DNA of 57,395 bases, the filler included, from Jimgerdemannia flammicorona (taxonomy: Eukaryota): assembly GCA_003990765.1 (NCBI GenBank). It is 2 parts of 2 records of this genome, joined end to end, with 100 filler letters (N's around TTAATTAATTAA, not from the genome) between each part and the next. Parts side by side here need not be neighbours in the genome. Positions count along the whole stretch, not along the records: positions 1 to 28,653 come from RBNJ01000546.1; 1 more part is not named here. The stretch is one strand, 5' to 3'. The translations under genes and the position numbers were made by a program. Under the pieces are notes generated by a model, which was given only the letters and a program-made list of their open reading frames with translations, was not told the origin of the DNA and made no database searches. Below are positions 1-10,399 of the stretch, piece after piece (the first letter of the stretch is position 1; every line of letters begins with the position of its first letter).

Positions 1-24
1 TTAAAAAAAAAAAAAAAAAAAAAA
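1..24 (+). repeat. poly(A) tail of a retroposon inserted into the hAT transposase (body outside the window)
   Basis: tt followed by a run of ~22 A directly abuts transposase coding sequence; the ...TTAAAA ending matches the 1.2-kb retroposons at 31460 and 44390. Confidence 0.55.
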
Positions 25-1105
25 GCCAATAGATTCAATGATGACTGCTGACAAGGAAATATGGGCCGAGGCTCTAGGTGAAAGTGAGTGGGACATACTT
101 AGGAATGTTGTCAGAGTTTTGGAAGTAAGTAGTGGTTGCTTTGGCTCCACACTTGTATTGTCTGCCTCCATACAATGCAACACCTCACCACATATAACTG
201 CCAGTATTTCAATGATTGTACGAAGGATATAGTCAAACAAATGACTCCAACAATAAGCTCTGTGATACCAGTATATATCCTTCTGATTGACTGGCTAGAG
301 GATAAGCTCGAGGACAGGCTGGAGGGTTGCAGTGGTTTACGATTAAGCCTGGATCAGAGAGACACCATGGAGGTTGCTCTAAGCAAGCTCAGAAAGTACT
401 ACTCCCAAACAGATACCACTGTATACTCAATCAGTACAGGTATATCAATGTCGGCATGTGGCCATTGCCCCTTCCAAAATAGAGGAAACCTCACAAAAAC
501 TCACTCTCCTTTTCTTTGAACAGTGCTGGACCCATGCTTAAAGCTACAATACCATAAAGATCAGGGCTGGGAGCAGCACTTCATTGAGAGAACCAAGTAG
601 GCCATAATTGAAGTATACCAGAAAAACTATGTACTGCTGCAAGGTTCTGGCTGAAGTTCAGATGAATATGCCGAGGGATCCCTCCTATCCCACATTTACT
701 TCAGCAGAAAGAGGAAGAGGGAGCTGTCAGTAGAAGAGCTGCCATCAATAGACGAACTTACCATTTACCTCGCCAGTGACTGCATGGTCCTGCTGGAGGG
801 CGCAGAGGTGCTCAACTGGTGGAAGGTGGGTTGTCAGGTGGGTATTGTCAGGTGGGCATTAGGCCAATTTAACCCACCAATCTAACCACTACTCTACCCA
901 CTGGGGTGTGCAGCTGTGTCAAATGGACTTCCCCAATCTGTGTGGTATAGCTCGGGACTACCTGGCGATTCCTGCCTCCAGTGCTCCCATCGAGCGGGTG
1001 TTCTCAGGTAGGGTGGACCTCATTGCCTCAAAGAGGTGTGTACTGAATGCTGAGACAATCCAGGTGTGTATGTGTCTGAAGTCTTGGTGGGGCTCAGGCC
1101 ACTAA
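25..1105 (+). pseudogene. hAT-superfamily transposase, C-terminal part, with 2 introns
   Basis: Removing GT-AG introns 440-523 and 826-913 gives ...KLRKYY...ST|VLDPCLKLQY...WWK|LCQMDFPNLCGIARDYLAIPASSAPIERVFS...LNAETIQVCMCLKSW, the hAT C-terminal dimerisation domain; in-frame stops in the middle exon. Confidence 0.9.
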
Positions 1106-1214
1106 AATTCGACAGGTCCATAGATAAGTTGGTTGACCTTGTGGAATATTTAATACCTTTCAAATTAATACCTTTCAAAATAATAAAAAAGGAAAAAAAA
1201 ACCTGAGGACTTGG

Positions 1215-1800
1215 CCCGGAGTTTGCAGCCCAAGTGGGGCGGGGTTGGCAGCAGCAGCAGAGGGAGCATACAATATTTGTAGCCCTCAGCCAGCAGCAAG
1301 GGGCAGCCCCAAGCTGCCAGTGCCTGGGTCAGTGGGTGGGTTGGTGGGCGGGTTGGTGGGCAGGTCAGTGGGTCAGCGGAGGGAGTGCACAAAATTTGCG
1401 ACCCTCTACCGGCAGCAAGGGGCAGCCCCAAGCCACAAGTGTCCAGGTCAGGGGGGTAGGTGGAGGGAGCATGCAAAATTTGCAGCCCTCTGCCAGCAGC
1501 GAGGGGCAGCCCCAAGCTATCAGCACCTGGGTCAGTGTGTGGGGTTAGTTGGCGGGTTGGCGGGTGTGGGGTCAGCGGAGGGAGCACACAAAATTTGCGG
1601 CCCTCCACCAGTAGCAAGGGGCAGCCCTAAGCAGCAAGTGTCTGAGATAGGCAGGGCAGGTGGAGGGAGCATGCAAAATTTGCGGCCCTCCACCAGTGGC
1701 ATAGGGGTAGCCCAAGCTGCCAAGAAGTCTGGGGCAGAGGGTGCTTCTGGCAGTCAAAGGGTGCTTCTGGCAGTCGGAGGGCATTTCTGGTAGTCGAAGT
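1215..1800 (+). repeat. ~100-125-bp tandem array (5 copies) downstream of the hAT transposase, probably subterminal repeats
   Basis: Core GGAGGGAGCAYRCAAAATTTGCRGCCCTC..CCAGCAGCAAGGGGCAGCCCCAAGC recurs at ~1260, 1378, 1462, 1578 and 1662, followed by 3 copies of GGGTGCTTCTGGCAGTC. Confidence 0.85.
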
Positions 1801-1802
1801 CA

Positions 1803-1834
1803 CCAGTTTGGGTCCCATGGGCACCCCAGCCCTG
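1803..1834 (-). mobile_element. candidate right TIR of the hAT element
   Basis: Reverse complement reads CAGGGCTGGGGTGCCC..., fitting the hAT YARNG terminal consensus, right after the repeat array; the partner TIR is not in the window. Confidence 0.4.
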
Positions 1835-2027
1835 TGCCGCAGTGCTGTACCAGCGGCACTACAGAGCAGACCCAAGGGGCCAGTAGGATTCTGCATAACG
1901 GCTAAGCTAGTGCTACATAAGAGGTGTCCAGCCCAACCCCCCCTACATAAGACTGCCCAACCCACACAAAATAGCTACCTAACCCTCACGAAAGATTGCC
2001 TAACCCTTATGAAAGATTGCTTAACTC

Positions 2028-3460
2028 TCACAAAAACTGCTCCACCTGCTGGTCCCAGATCTTGATGAGCCTATCATCTGTTGTAAGTGTGACGACTATT
2101 ATATCTGAGCTCTCCTCGAAGGCAACGGTACTATGGTGGTCATGTGGTTGAAATAGGATGACCATGTTGGCTGTAAACGGGACCCCAAAACCATAGGTGA
2201 GGTCATACCAGACTCTGTCGCTATCCTCCCAGGTTGGGCCCTTTCTTTCTGGAATATAAAACATTACCAGGGTGACATTGTTGTCTGTGTGTATGGGCAG
2301 AGAAAGGTTGTGCCTGACGTATCCTGATGTGACATGAGTGTATGGTTGGGTGAACCCTTGGCCCAGGACTTCATACTGCCAGGCTGTACTGGTGGATGTC
2401 TGCCCTTAGTCCAGCCCCAGGAGCCCCGGCTTGGAAACCTGCTGAAACGAACAGCAACTAGTCAGTCCTTTTTGCATGTGGGGGGGCAGAAACCCCCCGG
2501 GCTGCAGTACCCTGAAAAAGCAGAGCTCCTTACCTCATATGGCACACTAAATTGTGCCAAAAATATATGTACAGCCATGCCAAGATCACTACCAAGCTGG
2601 CCTGCTATATGCTCTACCAATCTACTCAAAGAACCCCAGATCATAGCCACTATTGCCGCACAGGCCATGTCATGCTTGTGCACAGTTTGCTCTTCGATGG
2701 CACTTCTAAAGTTCTGGTAGGGGTACAGAATCTTATGCATCCCTGGAATTGTATCAAAAAGAGTATGTCAGCGAAGAGTGTGATTTTTCTGAGGAGGGGT
2801 TAAAAAAAAAGGGAGATGAGTGCAGGAGATTTCAGAACTCCGGAACCCACCCTTCACCAGTGTTGCAGTATACCCAATTCCCGTCCAAACCCCCCCTCCT
2901 TGCTTTTTTTGCCCCCTCTTTTCTGCCACCCAGTATTTGACACAATCCTTACAAATCTCATTGATGTGGCAGTGAAGCTCATCACCATAGAGATTTCTTA
3001 CCACCATCACAACCACCTCTCCGTGTTTGTTAATAAAGATATGGTTCTCTTCATCGTTGGTTACTCCTGCTGGCCAATAGACCCCTTGGTTGAGTATAAT
3101 TGGCTCTGATTCGAATGTAGACCCCCAAGCCTTGATGACGATGCTGGTACTGCTTATACTGAACATCTTGCCCTTGAATTTCTCTATTTGATCAGATGCC
3201 AGACATGGTTGAACTCAGGTAACTTTGAACTCTCCTTTCCAATGGAACTGAGCCCTGATCTGAGGGACCGAGATAAGTATGCAGATGGGTTGTGTGCAGA
3301 CAGATTGTATGTGAGTGGGTTGTGTGTGGGCAGGTTGTATGCGAGCAGGTTGTGGGTAGGTTGCATATAGGTGGGTTGTGTGTGGGCAGGTTGCATGCAG
3401 GTGGGTTGTGTGCAGGTGGGTTGCATGCAGATGTGGGTGTTTTTTAGGGGAGACCATGTA
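2028..3460 (-). pseudogene. TET/JBP-like Fe(II)-dependent dioxygenase (spliced; nonsense mutations)
   Basis: Introns 2743-2850 (GTGGGT..ctgac..CAG) and 2439-2533 (GTAAGG..ctgac..CAG) join three ORF-track fragments in frame: ...IFINKHGEVVVMVVRNL...EKRG...VWTGIGY...HNLSLPIHTDNNVTLVMFY...FGVPFTANMVILFQPHDHHSTV... HxD at 2283-2291, distal H(ST) at 2127-2135, 52 residues apart; stops TAA 2406-2408 and TGA 3215-3217. Confidence 0.7.
3285..3435 (-). repeat. 15-bp tandem repeat encoding Q-P-x-[R/H/C]-x pentapeptides in the N-terminal part of the dioxygenase gene
   Basis: QPTCT QPTCM QPAHT QPTYM ... QPARI QPAHT QPTHI; one frameshift inside the array. Confidence 0.7.
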
Positions 3461-3589
3461 AAAATGAAATTAAATAAAACACAGAGATGGGTATTTCAGA
3501 AAAAGAACATGAGTGAGTGAGTGAGTGAGCTGCATGCTGATAAGTTGCACACCAACAAGTTGCACGAGTTGCACAAGATTGCTCATGAA

Positions 3590-4100
3590 GGCTTGCTTCT
3601 GTTCCTTTTGAGACCTCCACCACGCAATGCATTGACTCAATAGCTCAGCCACCAAAAGTATGCCCCACAACATCTATCAGCCTTTCTTCATCTTGACCAG
3701 ATATTGCGAATAAAGTCAGCAGATCTTGCCATAGAGCTGTGGACCCTAAGAAAAGCATGAGGTGAATTGGGTCATGCTGGGGAAGTTTAAATAAACACAA
3801 GTAAACAAGTGGTGGCTGAGTGAGCAACCTACATCTACTATTGGCTGCTCCAAAAAGGCTGCCATATATATATAGCTATGAGGTCTGTAAATTCTGAGGT
3901 CTGAAGGACCACCATGAGTTGTTGCCGGAATTCTCCCTCATCCCCGCCATCACCATCACCATCGCCACTGCCACTGCCATCACCCCTTTGGCTCTCGATG
4001 AGCAGCTTGTGTACTGTCTATATGAGAAAGAATCTAACATTGTCAGCAGAGAGTACATTTCCATCTCAAATACTCCCTCTTTTGACAATCATTGCAGGGT
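3590..4100 (-). pseudogene. possible upstream exons of the dioxygenase gene
   Basis: Minus-strand protein-like stretches (GDGSGSGDGDGDGGDEGEF; STALWQDLLTLFAISGQDEERLIDVVG); exon boundaries not resolved. Confidence 0.3.
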
Positions 4101-4319
4101 GAAAAATGAGTAGACTAGACCAATGTACAAATTAAGGGCTGCTGTTTTGTTTGCTCATGATGCAGCAGGAAAGAACAAAGAAAAAGAATAAAGAAAAAGA
4201 ACAAAGAAAAGAACAAAAGAAGAGAGGGAGCAAAAGGAAAGAGTGATGTCACCAAAGTATAACAGGAAAAAAAAACAAGAGCAAAATGAACAAAAGAAAG
4301 AGTGATATCACCAAAGATT

Positions 4320-4539
4320 TTAATCTGGATGGATCAATCTGGATGGACCAATCCAGATGGACCAATCTGGATGGACCAATCTGGATCAATCCAGATGGAT
4401 CAATCTGGATGGATTAATTCGGATCAATCTGGATCAATCCGGATCAGATCACAAGACCAATCTGAGTTGATTCGAATCTATCACATGATGAATCTGAATC
4501 AAATCTCATCTGGATCAACTCCATCCATTTGGAGTACTA
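4320..4539 (-). mobile_element. terminus of a DNA transposon: GGAT/ATCY subterminal repeats plus candidate TIR TAGTACTCCAAATGGAT
   Basis: Many tandem AATCTGGAT(GGAT)C units ending in ...ATCCATTTGGAGTACTA; this end interrupts the 3' UTR of the adjacent LINE. Confidence 0.55.
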
Positions 4540-7500
4540 ATCTCACCCCCTAACTGATCCCCCTAGGGGCCCCCCCCCCCCCCCTACCCCTTCCTGATGA
4601 AAGACCACTTTGTCCAACACAATCCCCACCCTCTCACCACTCTGCTCACAGATCCTAGCCACCAAACTGCAATGCTGTCCCCCCTGAGGACCCCAACCAA
4701 CCCACCATCCAGTCAGCAGATTCCCCAACAGCTCCTCCCACCTTAACACCTTCTCCTACAGCTCCATCTACCATCCCTCCTCAAATACAAAGAGTCAATG
4801 ACCTGCCAGTCCCACTTACACTACTAATACCCACTCTACTGTGAGCCAACTATCACCCACCCCACCCACTAGCTGAGATTTCAAGTCCTCCCAGTAGCCC
4901 TCCACACCTGCTGGCCTTTGCTCCACACCCAGTCTATTCTCTATTACTACCCAAAAGTCCCCCAATACCTCACACTCTCCCAGCCAGTGTTCTGACATCT
5001 GCACCAGACCCCCAGCTTGCCCTACATTGTAACACTCCTCACAATCACAATGGCCACCATCCACCAGATACCCAGTGCAGAAATTCAACATGATATTTCT
5101 CTGCAATATTTACTACCATACCACCCAGAATTTGGAAGGAAGCCACCTCCACACCTCAGCACTTTACGACCAGATATCTGCCCAGTCCCACTCCTCACCA
5201 ATTCCTGCCACCTGCCAGCCACTTGGCCAAAGATCTTGGCCAAGACCCTGCTGACACTCCACTCTATCCCCAATATCAAATGTAGTAAATGGAGTACCCC
5301 CCAGGAGCAGTCTATCCCATTGCTATATATCAGGCCCCCACATCACCTCCCCCTCATTGCCTCGCCAGTGCAGGCCAATTCAGTGTGCTCCAACTACCAC
5401 TCCTCACTAAAAGCCCTTGAACCGCAGCTGCCAATTTCCATTCAGCCCTAACAAAGAGAGCAGATCTCTGGAGGACCCTCAAGGGGAGGTTCTCATCTCC
5501 CACACCTTCTGCAGCAGAGGCACCCAACTCCTGCCCTGCAGTTCAGCAGCTCTTTTCAACCACCAGACTCGCAAACAGTGTAGCCTCTTAGAGAAATCCA
5601 CAAGACCAAGACCTCCCCTGATCACTGGTATTGCAAGAGTATCCCAACTGACCTGGGACCTCCTCCCTGCCCAAATCCAATCCCTAGCCACCTTCGTTAG
5701 CCTCTTCACCACCCACACTGGAAAGTCAAGGTGATAGGCCACATACCACAGCTTGGGGAACCAATATACATTCAGAATTGATACCTGCCCTGCTGGAGAG
5801 ATATGGCAGCCTTCCCAACCTTGAAGGGCCTCCCCCCAAATGGTCACTCTGCTCTCCCACCACACTCATGGTAAGACAGAACCATATGTATATGGAAAGA
5901 AAGATGCCCAGATACCACACCACCTCACCAGTAGGGACAATTGTTCCAATGACATCCCCATTCCCTAGCACCATTGTCTCACACTTATACCAGTTGAGCT
6001 TCACCCCAGAGTGAGCCTCATACCATTCCACTGTCTCCTTAAGTGCCTCTACATCTGCCATAGACCCAAGTCCAACCACCATGTCATCAGCAAAGGCCCC
6101 CACCTTCCACACTATACTATATATAGAGATCCCTGCCACCTTCCAGCAAATCCTATCCATCAAAGGTTCTAGTGAAAGGGCATAGAGAATAGGGGACAAA
6201 GGGTCCCCCTGAGGAACTCCTCTTCCTAAGGAAAATGCCAGACTATAGTGTCTATTACACATCAGTGCCACCTGACTGCTCTCAAGTAGATTCAACATAG
6301 AGGCCCAAAATCTTGGGGGAACACCAATTCAGTCTATCACCTTGTCCAGCCAAACCTGCCATACTTGGTCATAGGCCTTCTCCTGGTCCAAAAAAACCAA
6401 CCTTCCATCCAGTCCACAGGCCTGGGCCCCTTCAATGATACCATGTACCCATGCAGTCTCATCTCTTATAAGTCTGCCCCCAACAAAGCCCTGCTGCTCC
6501 TCCCCCACCACCTGTTGGGTAACTTTCTGCAGTCTTGCGACAATCACCTTAGTCACCATCTTCCTGTCCATATCCAGAAGTATGATTGGTCTCCAGTTCT
6601 TTTAGTCTTCCCTCTTCCCCTTATCCTTGTACAATAAGGCCACCAGCCTGAGGTCCTGCTCTCCAACCCACTCACTACTCTGAAGAACATAGTCACAGAG
6701 GGCAGTCATCTCATCCAAAACTCTGGGGACCTTTACCATCTTCTTCCAGAAGTCCCATGACAATCCATCATCCCCTGGTGCCATTCCAAGTTTAGTTGCT
6801 ACAAGGACACTCTGGATCTCCTCTCCTTGCACTGGTAAGATCAAGTCACCCAGGCCAGCTACTTGCAGCGGCCTCCACTCCTCTAGTGTATCTGCAATCA
6901 CCACCTCATCAGCACCCCCTTCTCTCTCACTCCACAAACCCTGCCATCTCTCCTTCAAAACTCCTAAGATTTGTTGAGTGCCATGCACCATGTCCCCATC
7001 AGCATCCAGGACCCCATTCCACTGATGTCACACTCTCCTAGCTTTGAGGAGTCTTGATAAGTATCTAGTAGGCCACTCACCCTCCTCAAGCCCCTGCCAC
7101 CATAGCCTAGTAGCCATACCTTGCATATGAGTCTCCTCCTCATCTCTCAACACCTGTTGTAGTTCCACTATCTCCAATTTCACCCTCTCTATCCTCCAGT
7201 CCTCCACCCTATCAGAAGTGAGCAAATCTGCCCAATCCATTTGCAGTCTCCTCAACCTGCTTGAAGTATACCCCATGCGCCTCCTTCTCCATCTCCCAGC
7301 CTCTCTACCAGCCCCTCCCCAATAGACCCTTGCAGCCTCTTTCAGTCTCACCCAATGGACATCCACAGACAAACCCTCATGCCTCCAGATAGAAAACTTT
7401 GCCTGAATGACCTCTACCCATGATTCCCACAACCTCTTCTCAGCCAGCAGGGAGGAGTTAAGGTGCCAATATCTGGGTCCATCTCCACTCCCCCCAAACT

Positions 7501-10333
7501 GCCCCTGCCCCAATAGTCTCCAGTGATCAGACCATAGGCACCACTCCACCTCCAATGCCTTCCAAACATCTGAACCTCAGTACTCTGCTGTCAGAATCCA
7601 GTCAATTCTCGTACCCAAACCATTCACTCAATGTGTGTAGATCCTGGTGTCACCCCACCATATTCTACCCATATCCCCCAAGGAGCTCAACATCTCCACC
7701 TCCTCCCATATATCCAGACCTCCACTTCTCCCCCCTGCACTCCTCCCTCCATCAGTTCTGTCCAGATACTAATCTCGAACCATATTAAAGTCCCCACTGA
7801 GAACATCAACCCCTTCCTCCAAGAGAACACCCTCCTCCAGCAGCTCCCTAATCCACACAGTCCTCTCACCCCTAGCTGTGGGGCAGTAGCAAGAGCCCAC
7901 CTTCACTGATTCCCACCCTGGCCAATGTCAATCTCCCCAGACCAAGCAATCACCCCAGCTCCTGATTCCCTCCAAGTCTCCCCTACTCTTCCTCACCAGA
8001 ATCACCACTTTTCCAAACCAAGCAGTAGCCCCACTCCATTCCCTAGTCCACTCTACCCAGTTGTCCTCATCCTCACACTGAACATCCTGTAGTAAAAAAA
8101 GATCAGCCTCTAATCCCTTGAGCTAAGTAAAAATATTCTTATGCTACCCAGAGCCCCTTAACTCATTCACATTCAAAGAGAAAATGTTGGTTATACTGTT
8201 TATAGGAATTAATGATATATTGTAATTCCATCTTCTATAAGTCCACATTCAGCTCCTCCTGCACCAAGTCCAAATCATGTTCAGCAGCTAGTTCCCTTTC
8301 TCCAGCTTCCCATGCCTCCAACTCTCCCAAAAGTTCTACCATTGCCCCATCTTCTTGCTCCTCAAAGTCCTCATGATACTCCAGACAGGCCTCCTGCCAT
8401 AGCTGCAAACCATGATGCTCTGCCTAACAGTAGGCCACCCGCTCATCAGTGACTACCTCCAGCTCTACCTTCCTCACCTCGTCAACCTCATATTCCTCCT
8501 TCTTCAGGAAGAGTGCAAGAATCTCCACCTTCAGTGCCCCCATCACTCCATTGCCATGTAGAATCTGTGCCCAATACTCCTCAGGCATTACCCACAGGTC
8601 CACTTCTCCCAATGCCTCTGCTGCGATGTTATCCATTACCTTGCTCATCCACAACAAGTTCCCCACCTCCTTCCCTCCTGGAGTCCCTGGCTGCCCTGCA
8701 TCCAACATCGTAGTATCAGCTCCAACACTGGCAGCCTTATCCCACTCCTCCTCAGGGATATCCACTAGCTCATCCTTGCCAACCACCACCACCTGGCCCC
8801 CTTTCATCATATCAGGGACCCCAAAGTGCACTCACTGGGCCCCCTGCATCAGTACATTCTCTGTTGTCCCTCTCTTCCCAGCCAGGCCCCTCCTGATAAG
8901 TGGGGGGGTGGCATCCAACTCCTACTCTCAAACTTTGAAGGTACCATCAGTATACAGGTCCTTGTCCAGTATCTTCTCAGCCCCTGCCTTATTCGCCTCC
9001 ACCTCCTCTCCCCCTTTGCTAGCCCAGACACTGGCCTTGACACCCCCAGACTCCTCAGCTCCAACCAACTTCTTCTTCACCCCTTCTGTCATACTCGCCA
9101 ACAGCTCCCTCTGCCTCTTGCATCCCTGGGCCCACTCTCACTGCTTCCTGTCAGTATGGATACACTTCCCATCCACAACCTCTAGATGTATCGACTCCTC
9201 ATATAGCTTCCAGGCTTTTACCCTCCTCTCCACAGCACTACTCAGCTCCTCCAGCACCTCCAACAAGTCCTCCTCTGCCTCTTCACTCCCTTTCATCCTT
9301 GACACCTTACAGATGAAAGCCCCCCACATCAGCACCGAGGGCCAGTCACTTGCCTTCCCAGTGGCCTCCTTCCCTGCCAGCCAAATCCTGACATCAACAT
9401 CACCCATCCTGAATGTTGTCTCCTCCCACATCTGAAAGCCAATGTCCACCACATCACCATACTCTATTATCACCTCCTCCACCCTCCTCTTAGTCTCCTC
9501 CTTAGTCACCATGGGCACCCCCTTCACCAGAAGCTATACCACCCTGGGGTCCCACCTCAAGCACCTTACTATGGGAACTACCACTTCCCCAACTACTACT
9601 TCAGTCTTCAGTGCCTCATCCAGTAGGCCCACCTCCTCAAAGCCCACCTCAACTCCCTCCAGACCCTTCAAGAACTTCACTGAGGCCACCCCAGCCACCT
9701 GCTTTGAAATAAGCCCCAGGACCATCCTTGCCGTCACTGCCAAGCCCTGAAAGTACAAGATAGCCATGAACTCTGAGATTGACTTCTTGAGCAATGGGGC
9801 CACCGCCAGTCCCATTACACCATCCACCAGGTCCCTCTTCCACATCGAGAACCCCTGCCCCCCCTGGCCATCAGCTGTCACATCTCTTTTTTTTTCCTGA
9901 TTTGCCGTCATGCTACCATCAGCAGTCCCACCACTACCCCCAGCAGCTACTCCACTTACTCCACCCCCTACCAGTGAAGGCCCTGCTCCCCCAGCATCCC
10001 CAGCCTTCTGCTTCCCCTTCCCTCCTGCCTGTCCACTGTGGGCTCCCATCGGCCAACTCCAGTCCTTAGCATGTCCACAAAGCTCCTTCCCTGCTACCCT
10101 CCAGCCCCCCCACCAGTGCCACCTCTACTGCCCAAGCTGTCCCATCCACTTGAGCCACTGAAAGACCCCATCTCCAGCCCATACCCTCTCCTGACATACT
10201 GCCAGTCAAAGGCCCCAGGTCTGCCTGACCTAGTACATGTGTTGGCTTGTTTGCTGGTTGACATTGCCTTAATATCTTTCTCCAATAAACGAGTTGTAAA
10301 AGTGTGTGTAACATGAATTGTAGTAGAGAAAGG
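4540..10333 (-). mobile_element. L1/Tx1-type LINE, copy A (ORF1 + EN-RT ORF2), decayed, with the last ~60 nt and poly(A) missing
   Basis: ORF1 ~10264-8235; ORF2 motifs SLNVN, GDFN, RIDWIL, WSDH (AP endonuclease), FLDQEKAYD, GVPQGDPLSPILY, AFADD (RT), EHWLGEC (Zn finger); collinear with copy B. Confidence 0.93.
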
Positions 10334-10399
10334 ATGTTGTTACTGAAGAAAATATAGGACTACCCCTATATAAATATAAATATGAAATTAATTTACATC

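Noticed and set aside
1215..1800. CRISPR-like repeat-spacer appearance, and the 104-182-aa ORFs over it
   Set aside because: Repeats are long and degenerate, spacers are low-complexity and related, there are no cas genes and the context is eukaryotic; the ORFs are by-products of GC-rich repeats
1979..2030. TAACCC units resembling telomeric repeats
   Set aside because: Part of a 21-bp unit, not tandem hexamers
4302..4553. 83-aa MDQSG-repeat ORF
   Set aside because: Translation of the subterminal DNA repeat
8449..9435. 328-aa Ser/Thr-rich ORF and similar antisense ORFs (16434-17228, 22587-23222)
   Set aside because: Shadow frames of the purine-rich LINE ORF1; not conserved as open frames between copies
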